DNA from: Myxococcota bacterium
Lineage (GTDB): Bacteria; Myxococcota; SpSt-1050
Assembly (NCBI GenBank): GCA_049969675.1
Contig: JBMFOP010000058.1
Coordinates: 1 to 20,432, forward strand
Length of the DNA: 20,432 nucleotides
Direction: 5' to 3'
Shown here piece by piece: positions 1 through 8,294 of the stretch (position 1 is its first letter; each line of letters starts with the position of its first letter). The notes under the pieces were generated by a model, which saw only the letters and a program-made list of their open reading frames with translations, did no database searches and was not told where the DNA came from. Both the position numbers and the translations under genes were made by a program.

Positions 1-66
1 ATGTCAGATATAAATTTCACCAATGTGCATCTTTTTGATGCTGGCAAACTCAGATTGGTGAAATGA
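1..66 (+). CDS. Probable 3' end of a gene entering from the left edge (partial)
   Basis: Frame 1 is open from base 1 (MSDINFTNVHLFDAGKLRLVK) to TGA at 64-66 and is followed by an AT-rich intergenic stretch. Too short to assign a product. Confidence 0.35.
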   Translation: MSDINFTNVHLFDAGKLRLVK

Positions 67-451
67 AGATAGTAAAAATATAAAATCATATCCGTCTATA
101 ATATTTATCACTTGAATAAGGGTTTTAATGTGAAAAAAGATATTAAATTAAGGACGAGAAAAAATAAGGGCCTGATCTAAATGCTTTTTTTTAGATGAAA
201 ACCAAATTGTTGAGTCAACCTGTTGATAGGATTTGACAAAAACACAGTCTATGGTTTAACCAAATAACACCCAAAATGTGGGAGATAACAATAAGGCATC
301 CAGAGAGATTTTCATACAGACAATTGATTAACTAAAAGACCCTCAATCCAGACAATTACTCAATTTAGATTCTTTAATCGTAATTTCTAAGTAAATTGCA
401 CTATAGATTTTTCAGGGATTTTGCCTTCAGCTATGCCGAATTAGAATATAT

Positions 452-545
452 AAAAATCGGGCGGCGCTGTTTTTGGACTTACTGTGTGGGGGGAGGTCAG
501 TAAGGAAGGAACAACGCCACCCTTGGAAGTAAGTTAATTTCAAGA
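452..545 (-). ncRNA. Candidate small structured RNA (long hairpin, C-rich loop, U-tract); alternatively an unusually elaborate terminator
   Basis: On the minus strand GGGUGGCGUUGUU (522-510) pairs with AACAGCGCCGCCC (471-459) over 13 bp including two G-U pairs. An inner 7-bp stem CUUACUG/CAGUAAG (504-498/484-478) closes the loop ACCUCCCCCCACA. UUUUU follows at 456-452. A TTGACA lies upstream at 576-571. The 5' end is approximate. Confidence 0.55.
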
Positions 546-547
546 TT

Positions 548-576
548 CATATATAGCATTCCGAAACAGTTGTCAA
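548..576 (-). promoter_or_regulatory. Possible sigma70-type promoter pointing at the structured RNA
   Basis: Perfect -35 TTGACA (576-571) followed by TGCTATATATG about 12-23 nt downstream. The -10 match is imperfect. Confidence 0.35.
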
Positions 577-579
577 ATA

Positions 580-1122
580 CTATTTTTTTCGTGACTTCCT
601 GTACTCCTGAGGGGTCATTGTAAGCCCATCCTCACCCCATATCCCAAGCCTATGTTCTCTGGCATAACTCTGTGCCTCTCTAAATCTTTCGGTATACCTG
701 ACATTGGGAGGAAATGTATAGAGCATTGCCAGACCCTCTCTGAGCATAATCTCATTTATAAACTTCCCATCACGGGTAAAGACATAGGCAAGTAATCTAT
801 TGTACTTATCCCGCTTTGTCACATCAAATTCAAGTCTCACAACACTGCCCGGAGGGGCAAGAGAATACACCTTCTCCTGTGCAACTCTACCCCACTTCTC
901 CTGCTCTATCTCCGGGGCATCCATTCCAATAAATCTCACAGATTCAGCCCTACCTTCATACATAACTTTTATAGTGTCCCCATCGTGAACAGCAAGGACG
1001 ACACATTCATCCAATCCTTTCACACTCCCTGTTTGTAGATTCCCATTTATCAGATAATAGACTATCCCCGCTACAATAAATATAGCAGAGCCAAAGGATA
1101 AGGCCTTTCTACCTCTTCTCAC
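580..1122 (-). CDS. Thermonuclease (staphylococcal nuclease/SNase) family protein with N-terminal membrane anchor
   Basis: Family motifs VHDGDTI, VRFIGMDAPE, DKYNRLLAYV, INEIMLREGLA and AREHRLGIW; hydrophobic N-terminal segment; GTG start just after the apgM stop. Confidence 0.92.
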   Translation of the reverse strand: MRRGRKALSFGSAIFIVAGIVYYLINGNLQTGSVKGLDECVVLAVHDGDTIKVMYEGRAESVRFIGMDAPEIEQEKWGRVAQEKVYSLAPPGSVVRLEFDVTKRDKYNRLLAYVFTRDGKFINEIMLREGLAMLYTFPPNVRYTERFREAQSYAREHRLGIWGEDGLTMTPQEYRKSRKK

Positions 1123-1127
1123 CTATC

Positions 1128-2327
1128 TTATTCACCAAACATATCTGACTTATTGATATAGTCCATAATGATAGGGATAAGGTCCTTCCCAAGAATCCTG
1201 CCAAGTCCTCCTCTGTATGCCTGAGCCTCACAGAGTTTGGTAGTCTCATCGGGTCTGATATCTCTATGATATAATAAGATTGGAACCGGGTCCATAGTGT
1301 GTCTCTTTGCTATTGAGGGAGTTGAATGGTCACCGGTTACAACCACTACATCAAATTTATCTAACAGCCCATCAAAGAACTCCCTATCTGCCCTTTCAAT
1401 AAATGCCTTCTTCCCCTCCCAATCGCCATCGTGTCCACAGGAATCTGTCCCTTTGAGATGGGCAAATACAAAGTCATACTCTTTCATATAATTTAATACC
1501 GCTTCCCTTTTTGCCCGCAAATTTGTATTCTTTGTCCCCGTTGCCCCTTCTATATCGGGTGTATAAAATGCGAGATATCTTGCAACCCCTTTATAAAGTG
1601 CACCCCCAGCTATACAGACCGCCTTTACCCCAAATCTCTTCTCAAATGGTTCGGGCTTGAAGCATTCACCCGCGCCCCTTAAAAGCGGGATATTTGCAAC
1701 CTTAATCCCCTTTGAAGCCCTCTCCTTATTTATCGGATGATCCCTGAGGATCTTAAATGAGCGTCTGGTAAATTCATTCAAGACCTCTGCAATATGTTCT
1801 CCACTCTTATCAAGTGGCTCAGCCTTCTCTACCTTAGCATTCTCTTTGTGTGGGTCTGTATTTGAGACTTTAACAGATAGATTTGCACCTGAGAATAGTG
1901 CCGCTCCTCTATGTTCAACTGTGTGTGCCACCCTTATCATGACACCATCAATCTCCATATTGTCAATGGCTGCAAAGAGCTCCTTCATACCGTAGTCATT
2001 TCTACCAGACCTTCTATCAAGGACATTTAATTCATCATCCACTGTCGCCATATTTACTCTGAATGCCACATCTCCATCTTTGAGCTCAAAACCAGCACCA
2101 AGTGCCTCAAAAGCACCTCTCCCTTTATAATATACAAACGGGTCATACCCTAAAATCGCAAGGTGGGCAGTATCCGAGCCCGGCACAAATCCAATCCCAA
2201 TTGGATACATTAAACCGGTCATCCCCTTTTTTGCAAAAGAGTCCAGAATAGGGGTATTTGCCATATTGAGCGGCGTCTTATCTGTTCTATCTCCGAGACC
2301 ATCCATTATCACAAGTAATGCCTTCAT
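1128..2327 (-). CDS. apgM: 2,3-bisphosphoglycerate-independent phosphoglycerate mutase, archaeal (ApgM) type
   Basis: Motifs IMDGLGDR, ANTPILD, PGSDTAHLAILGYDP (catalytic Ser), GRGAFEALG, KGTDSCGHDG, TGDHSTP and HTMDPVP. Start moved to ATG 2327 (GTG 2330 also possible) because AAGGAGGT lies at 2339-2332. Confidence 0.92.
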   Translation of the reverse strand: MKALLVIMDGLGDRTDKTPLNMANTPILDSFAKKGMTGLMYPIGIGFVPGSDTAHLAILGYDPFVYYKGRGAFEALGAGFELKDGDVAFRVNMATVDDELNVLDRRSGRNDYGMKELFAAIDNMEIDGVMIRVAHTVEHRGAALFSGANLSVKVSNTDPHKENAKVEKAEPLDKSGEHIAEVLNEFTRRSFKILRDHPINKERASKGIKVANIPLLRGAGECFKPEPFEKRFGVKAVCIAGGALYKGVARYLAFYTPDIEGATGTKNTNLRAKREAVLNYMKEYDFVFAHLKGTDSCGHDGDWEGKKAFIERADREFFDGLLDKFDVVVVTGDHSTPSIAKRHTMDPVPILLYHRDIRPDETTKLCEAQAYRGGLGRILGKDLIPIIMDYINKSDMFGE

Positions 2328-2409
2328 CACAACCTCCTTTGACGATTGAATATTACAAAATGCAGAGGATATAATCAAGGAAAAATAGAATTAGCCCTCA
2401 AGAGATGTC

Positions 2410-2453
2410 ATTTTACAAATAGTTAACCTGTTAATTTAGAGAAACAGCAGTGA
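2410..2453 (-). repeat. Degenerate third copy (left end only) of the dispersed intergenic element
   Basis: Minus strand reads TCACTGCTGT-N16-GTTAACTATTTGTAAAAT, matching two conserved blocks of the copies at 8293 and 19187 with a spacer 6 nt shorter. Confidence 0.6.
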
Positions 2454-2488
2454 AAAACCTGTGTAATCCAATAACTAAATCTGGAACA

Positions 2489-2842
2489 TTAGAAATTTGC
2501 CCCTATATTCATTGTATAATATAACCACATATCAGAACAGGATTCGCACCTGTCAAAAGTCTTTATATACATCAATCCAACAGATGGACCGGCATAGAAC
2601 TTTTCAAAGTGAAGAAGTATACCGAGGTCACCCCCAGCATATACAACATCTTTAAGAAAATCTTTTTTATACAAGCCACTTACAACTTCTTTTTCTACAT
2701 TTATCTCATCCCCTTTTGATGCGAGCAGACTCGCCCCAAGACGGAGTGTAAGTCTGGGCTCAATCATAGATAATCTATATGATGAGTGTAAAACAAGATT
2801 TGGAATTACTGAAATAGAGCCATTGGTAATAAATGAGATCAC
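2489..2842 (-). pseudogene. Probable 3' remnant of an outer-membrane beta-barrel protein gene
   Basis: Amphipathic strand-like segments (LTLRLGASLL, YAGGDLGILL, FYAGPSVGLMY) and a C-terminal YYTMNIGANF ending in Phe, resembling a beta-signal. No signal peptide. Begins where the nitroreductase similarity stops. Confidence 0.5.
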
Positions 2843-3251
2843 TCCGTAAGTGAACTATAACAGAATACAAATATCGCTACCTTTGCTCCGTAAAATCTAT
2901 AGTTTTCAAGCCTTGCCTTCTTCATAGCCTCCTTATCGTTTACATCCACTCCAAATCTCTCTGCCCTTGCCTGTATATGTGCATCTATCCTCTCTTTTAT
3001 CTTATCTGGCCACTGTGGCTCCTTTATCAACCCGCGCGAAGGACTGCCACTCTCAAACTCCTTTACCAAATGTGTTGAGAGTTCAGTTGCTCTCTCTCCC
3101 TTTACCACATATACCTCCCACGGCTGGCTGTTTTTAAATGAGGGGACTTTGAGGCATATTCAAGAATCTCAAATATCAGTTCATCGGGCACATCTTTATT
3201 CAAAAATTTTCTTATTGACATCCGCTTCTCAATTGCCTCAAGTGCAAACAT
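2839..3251 (-). pseudogene. Nitroreductase-family pseudogene (frameshifted and 3'-truncated)
   Basis: ATG at 3251 gives MFALEAIEKRMSIRKFLNKDVPDELIFEILEYASKSP. A shifted frame continues PSFKNSQPWEVYVVKGE...NYRFYGAKVAIFVF to TGA at 2841-2839. RxSIR and PSxxNxQPW are nitroreductase FMN-binding motifs. One extra base in the G4 run at 3142-3145 would restore the frame. The C-terminal half is missing. Confidence 0.85.
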
Positions 3252-3287
3252 ATAATAAATCCTTTGAAAGATATTTGAGATTTTACA

Positions 3288-5408
3288 TCATTCAATTATT
3301 GAGCAGGAACACCCACCAGAAGAATCGCCTTTATCCTCCTTTTTCGCATCTTTAATCTCTAATATATCAACCACCTCATTGATATCAATGGTAGAAATGT
3401 CCTCACTTATAATATCAGGTAAAATATCATCTGCAGATGGACTGTCAGATATTCCTTCATCAATTGAGATCTGGTCTTCAATAAGATTATCAGCATCTTT
3501 CATTTCTTCACTATAAGTATCCAAAATATCGTCTGTATTATCAATGTCCATTATAGAATCTTCCGGTATTGCATCAACTCCTGCATCTTTTATAAATACA
3601 TCTATTGAGCTATCTGCTACTACATCAATCCCTGCATCCTCTGCTTTACCGCAGACTATTCCTCTTAAATTAATCGTGAACTTAGACTCAGTAAGGGCTT
3701 TATAGACTTCACAGCACTCCCCTTCCTGATTGTTATATAGTTCAAGGCAGGAATCAAATACATATTGACTCACCGCGGGGATGAGCTCTTTCTTCTGTAG
3801 ATACTTATCAATGACATTGAAATATATCTTTGATGTCTTTTCTATACCGATTGCATTTTTAATCTTCCACGCTGGATATGCTATTGTGGTGGCACAAATA
3901 TAAGTAGAATCATACATATCCAGAGGCGTCTGACAATCCTCTTTGTGTCCATCGGGAGGTGGATACCTGGAGCACAATCTCTGGGTACACTGACCTATGT
4001 ATTCTTTATCTCCCCAAGTGAGTGCATCTGCATCATAAGGGTCGCTATCGTTTCTCAGCCATTTATGGTTCCCGCTTTCATCTATCAATCCATTATATCC
4101 CATTAGCCAGTTTGGATTTTCACTCCCCTGTGATAATGAGCCCATCACATCAGCGAGACCTTCCTGAACTGATGCAGATTCATTTTTAGGATAGGCTTCG
4201 TTATTATATTCAAGTTCGGCAAGGCCTCCCTCAGAGAGGGGGGCTGAAAGCACCCCGTGCGTAAATTCGTGACCTATAACATCGTATGAGGATGCAAAAG
4301 AACGGCTCCTATTTTCATCTGGTTGATAGACCCACAATACCATCGCACTGTGTGAATATATATCCCAGAAGGCATTCAGCCCAAGCGGGTCATAAGCCAT
4401 CTCCTCAAGATAGACCCTTAAGCCATTCCCCTTACCGACATTTCCACTCAATCCAAGTGAGGAATACCAATCATAAATCCTCTGAACTGCATAATGTGCA
4501 GAGATACCCTCTATCCTCCTTGTCTTCATCCCATCTGGCATTACACCATCCCATACATCTGATGATGAAGAAGAGAAGAGCATAGCCGAAGGAGGCAATT
4601 CTCCGGGATATTGAGCCGGTTCAATCTCATAATATGTCTTAATATATTTTACATTAAAGACCTCTGTCTGCCCCCTTGTCGTGTCAACAGCACAATATGT
4701 ATCTGCACAGTCAGATTCGGCATATTCTTCAGGATTCTTTGAAATCTCTACCTCCACATTCTCATTATTCGTATTGAGGATTGACACCTTTGTTGAGATT
4801 AATGCCGGTTCATATCTTATCACCTCACCGGATGTGGCATCTATGTCAAAAGTTCCAGAATCAAATGGTCTATCTGGAATAAATGCCTTTACCCTGTATC
4901 TCAATAGAGGTATCTTTGTATATGTTACAATCCCGAGTTCCATTGGTTTAAGCAGTGCCTTATCCGTCCTTAGATATCCCAGCAATCTCTCTCTTGCTTC
5001 CGCCTCTGAGAGAATTTTATCCGGCACCTGAAATGACTCTAAGGGGAATGAGTTGTCTATGAAATAGATTGGCATATTATCTCTGTCTGTATGTATGACT
5101 ATTGTATGGCCAAATACCTTATAGCCCATAAAATATTGCTGCATCTTCAAGAGATTTCTCTTTGAACCAATCTTAATCCTCTCTACCTTAAATTGGCCTG
5201 ACAATGAATTCACACCCATAACCTCATTCTTTGAGAGAAAGATATTTAGAGAATTCTCATCAAATGAAAGTCTCTTATTTATTCTACCATATATAATTCG
5301 CTTATATCCCTCGTATTCATCAATCTGTAACTGCTCATTTGAATTACAGGAGAGAAAAGATGGGATTATAAATATAAGGGCTGATAAAAGGATGACATAT
5401 CTCTCCAT
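3288..5408 (-). CDS. M4 (thermolysin-like) zinc metallopeptidase, predicted lipoprotein with propeptide, acidic linker and Cys-containing C-terminal tag
   Basis: Lipobox-like FLSC; FTP/PepSY-like propeptide (QQYFMGYKVFG, IDATSGEVI); NAFW; DVIGHEFTHGV (HExxH at 4271-4257); third-ligand region SVQEGLADV; Asp-rich DAG linker; ends SSGGCSCSIIE. GGAGG RBS upstream. Confidence 0.88.
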   Translation of the reverse strand: MERYVILLSALIFIIPSFLSCNSNEQLQIDEYEGYKRIIYGRINKRLSFDENSLNIFLSKNEVMGVNSLSGQFKVERIKIGSKRNLLKMQQYFMGYKVFGHTIVIHTDRDNMPIYFIDNSFPLESFQVPDKILSEAEARERLLGYLRTDKALLKPMELGIVTYTKIPLLRYRVKAFIPDRPFDSGTFDIDATSGEVIRYEPALISTKVSILNTNNENVEVEISKNPEEYAESDCADTYCAVDTTRGQTEVFNVKYIKTYYEIEPAQYPGELPPSAMLFSSSSSDVWDGVMPDGMKTRRIEGISAHYAVQRIYDWYSSLGLSGNVGKGNGLRVYLEEMAYDPLGLNAFWDIYSHSAMVLWVYQPDENRSRSFASSYDVIGHEFTHGVLSAPLSEGGLAELEYNNEAYPKNESASVQEGLADVMGSLSQGSENPNWLMGYNGLIDESGNHKWLRNDSDPYDADALTWGDKEYIGQCTQRLCSRYPPPDGHKEDCQTPLDMYDSTYICATTIAYPAWKIKNAIGIEKTSKIYFNVIDKYLQKKELIPAVSQYVFDSCLELYNNQEGECCEVYKALTESKFTINLRGIVCGKAEDAGIDVVADSSIDVFIKDAGVDAIPEDSIMDIDNTDDILDTYSEEMKDADNLIEDQISIDEGISDSPSADDILPDIISEDISTIDINEVVDILEIKDAKKEDKGDSSGGCSCSIIE

Positions 5409-5514
5409 TGAGTTCCTCCATTAAGTATCAATATCCTATCAAATATAGATATTCAAAGTAAAGGAAATAAAAACATATATAGACAATTGTAAAAAAATGT
5501 TATATTTTACCTTT

Positions 5515-7551
5515 ATGATTATTAAATGCGATAAATGTCAGACATCCTTTAAATTGCCAGACGAAAAGGTAAAACCCGAAGGGACAAAAGTCAGATGTAG
5601 TAAATGCAAGAATATATTCACTGTCTATCCCATAAGACATACATCAAAAGCCTCTGAAGATGTTATTGAAGAGAAGACCCGCATAGGATTTGTACCCACA
5701 CCTTTTGGGGAAGAGCAAGACGACGATAACCCAATTACAATCAAGAAACAAAGAGAGAACATATCTCCATCCATTGAGACACTCGGGCACGGCATTACCC
5801 TTTCCTCTGTAGAGATCAAAAAGATAGAGGAGATTGACCAGAATCTAAATGAAATAATGTCTTCCATAGAATCCGGCATCAAGGACAGGATCCCTCAAGT
5901 CTCAGATATAATGGGGGATATTTCAAAAGGCACTGAACTGTCAGGCTCAGAGCCACCTGCTCGTCTGGAAGCGGGAACAACCGACACAAATCAAAATGAT
6001 ACATCGTTTGATATAGGTTCACTTCTTGATAGTCTCTCGGACATCCCAGCCTCAAAATCTTCTACTACACAACCACCTCCAGCAGAGGCACCTACGGAGG
6101 AGCTTCCAGACCTCTCTACCCTGCTCTCTTCTCAAACACAGAAAGCACAATCAAAGGAACAGATTCCCATCATACCGGATATAAATGAACTCATATCTAT
6201 CCAAGGTCATCCAGATATGTCCCAAAAGCCCATGGCAACAGATACGAATCTCATCCAACCTGAGCCTATCTCAAAACAGATGGAGAAGGGGGTTGAGGCA
6301 AATCTCTCAATAGATATTGATAAGGCATTTGATAGTCTATTTGCAGAGTCAGAACCTACAAAAGGGGCAGGGCAACCTCCTGAACAGGAAAAACAGGCCC
6401 GCAAGACTATGCTCTATATGGAGGCAGTTCCAGTCGCTTCACAAAACAGTCCGGAGCCACAGGTCAATCAGGCAATCGGTCCAATTCCTTCAATCACAAA
6501 AAAAGCGGCATCACCAGAGATTGGAACTTTTGATAACCTGCAAATACAGGACAATCTATTAAGTGATGACCTATCAATGTTTTCACCTCCTCAAAGCACA
6601 CCTCAACTTCCCAATCAGATACCGCCACCAGCCCCCACATTAAATTTAGGGGATGATCTGCTCTCAGAAATTCCGATATCACAGTTGAAACCTCCAACTT
6701 CACCAGCGGAACCCGTCTCCACCGGCGGCTTATTGGATGATGGTATCTCTTTCTCATTTGGGGAACTCGGATACAATACTCAAGAACCACAGAAGAGCTC
6801 CGATGCAGGTCGCTTCTCACCAGATGCAAATAGAAGTGATGACCTGCTCTCCCAGATGGACTCTATGGACAATATAAATATACCTATCCCATCCCCACAG
6901 GAAATTCCTAAAGCAGCGGCCAAAAAATCTATAAGAGAAGAGATAAACATCGTCACCGAGAATGAGGCAAAGACCGTTCCTCAGGAGGGTGCAAATGTCT
7001 CAGTACCACTCAAGCCAGCCACAATTGCATTGAAGGAGACAAAGAAGGATATAAAGGGTGAGATAATCAGATGGCTATTTACACTGATATTTGGAGGAGT
7101 AATAATACTCTTTTTTTTAACACCTTCATATATCTTTCCGGAGATAAATAGTGGGATAGGACTCATCGTCAATAATCCTTTGTCTGATAACTCAATCTCA
7201 ATTGAGAATCTATATTACAGGCAGCTCAACAGGACAGATACACTTATGATATTCTCCGGGTATATCAGTCTAAAAAAATCAATTCCACCCGATAACATAA
7301 TTCTTGTTTTCAGGATATCAGACCTTATGGGAAGTGAGATCGTCCAGATAGACTATCCACTTACCTATTCGGAGAAATATGAGGATGTACTCAATATCCG
7401 CAATGCAAATGAGATAAAAGAATTTTTACAAAAGAACAGAATAAAAATTATTACGCAGAAGGAGAGTCCTTTTATTGCACCTCTAATAATTAGCAATATA
7501 GATATTACAAGGATTGATGTGAAGGCATCAATCAAGATTCGCCCTCAATGA
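5515..7551 (+). CDS. Zinc-ribbon (MJ0042-type) domain membrane protein with long low-complexity linker and C-terminal extracytoplasmic domain
   Basis: N-terminus MIIKCDKCQTSFKLPDEKVKPEGTKVRCSKCKNIF is a CxxC...CxxC zinc ribbon, so ATG 5515 is preferred over 5497. It is followed by an acidic Pro/Ser-rich linker, one TM helix (WLFTLIFGGVIILFFL) and a DUF3426-like position for the C-terminal domain. Confidence 0.8.
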   Translation: MIIKCDKCQTSFKLPDEKVKPEGTKVRCSKCKNIFTVYPIRHTSKASEDVIEEKTRIGFVPTPFGEEQDDDNPITIKKQRENISPSIETLGHGITLSSVEIKKIEEIDQNLNEIMSSIESGIKDRIPQVSDIMGDISKGTELSGSEPPARLEAGTTDTNQNDTSFDIGSLLDSLSDIPASKSSTTQPPPAEAPTEELPDLSTLLSSQTQKAQSKEQIPIIPDINELISIQGHPDMSQKPMATDTNLIQPEPISKQMEKGVEANLSIDIDKAFDSLFAESEPTKGAGQPPEQEKQARKTMLYMEAVPVASQNSPEPQVNQAIGPIPSITKKAASPEIGTFDNLQIQDNLLSDDLSMFSPPQSTPQLPNQIPPPAPTLNLGDDLLSEIPISQLKPPTSPAEPVSTGGLLDDGISFSFGELGYNTQEPQKSSDAGRFSPDANRSDDLLSQMDSMDNINIPIPSPQEIPKAAAKKSIREEINIVTENEAKTVPQEGANVSVPLKPATIALKETKKDIKGEIIRWLFTLIFGGVIILFFLTPSYIFPEINSGIGLIVNNPLSDNSISIENLYYRQLNRTDTLMIFSGYISLKKSIPPDNIILVFRISDLMGSEIVQIDYPLTYSEKYEDVLNIRNANEIKEFLQKNRIKIITQKESPFIAPLIISNIDITRIDVKASIKIRPQ

Positions 7552-8294
7552 ATACCGCTGAGATATTTGAAAATGATATCAAACCACATTTCAGATTCAG
7601 CACAGAGCTCTCATTCCATAAGCATATTGTTAAAGAGAAACTGCTAAACAGATATGAATCTGAAGACATAGCAGATATATTGAGGATTGTAATTGCTACT
7701 CTGAGAGAGGAAGAAAACATATCGCTCAGAATAATGAACGCCTTAATGGATATACTTATAAATATTGAATCTGAAAGTGACATTTTAAAAGAGAAGATAG
7801 AATCAGTCTATCTCTCATCTGTTGAAAAGAAATATAACGAGGTGATGACATTCTTCATATCTCCGCCACCGGTTCTGATTGCAGACCCAAAAGATTTTGA
7901 GGAATGGGATATTGAACTTGCAAAAGTCACTCTTGGAGAGAGGAAGTCCTTTGCAAAACGACTTGACAGGAAGATGGTAGAGAGGCTCTTAAAGGATCCC
8001 ACACCGGATGTAATCAGGATCCTGCTCTTAAACCCCCGCCTTTTTGAGAGCGATGTAATCGCCTTAAGTGCCAGAAGACCCAACTTCGGTCCGGTCCTTA
8101 TGGAGATATATCACAGTTATAGATGGAAGAATAATAGAAGAGTTAGAACAGCACTCGTAAGAAATCCATATTGTTTCCCAAGATTATCCATAAAACTCAC
8201 CTATCTACTGCCGAGGACCGAACTATTGCAGGTCAGGAATGATACAGAGATTCATCCCATCATTAGAGATATTGCAAAATTTCTAACTTCCTGA
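7548..8294 (+). CDS. Conserved hypothetical protein with C-terminal helical (HEAT/LRV-like) repeats
   Basis: ATGA overlap with the upstream gene; repeats of the type LLKDPTPDVIRILLLNP and RVRTALVRNPYC. Confidence 0.7.
   Translation: MNTAEIFENDIKPHFRFSTELSFHKHIVKEKLLNRYESEDIADILRIVIATLREEENISLRIMNALMDILINIESESDILKEKIESVYLSSVEKKYNEVMTFFISPPPVLIADPKDFEEWDIELAKVTLGERKSFAKRLDRKMVERLLKDPTPDVIRILLLNPRLFESDVIALSARRPNFGPVLMEIYHSYRWKNNRRVRTALVRNPYCFPRLSIKLTYLLPRTELLQVRNDTEIHPIIRDIAKFLTS

Noticed and set aside
40..440. GGCAAA motifs (43-48 plus; near 420-425 minus) as a c-di-GMP-I riboswitch
   Set aside because: The GNRA-capped P2 stem and the downstream GCAAA/receptor elements were not found.
580..1122. 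Nuclease as part of an anti-phage defence system
   Set aside because: It is an ordinary membrane-anchored SNase with no defence-type partner genes nearby.
2328..2378. N-terminal 17-aa extension of ApgM in the ORF track
   Set aside because: A strong SD sits inside it just before ATG 2327, and family similarity starts at MKALLVIMDG.
2839..2841. TGA readthrough (Sec or Trp recoding) to extend the nitroreductase
   Set aside because: Readthrough gives only SHLLPMALFQ then TAA, with no nitroreductase-like sequence. TGA serves as a normal stop elsewhere in the window.
3149..3355. 68-aa plus-strand ORF
   Set aside because: Antisense shadow of the nitroreductase 5' part and the peptidase 3' end; no RBS or recognisable motif.
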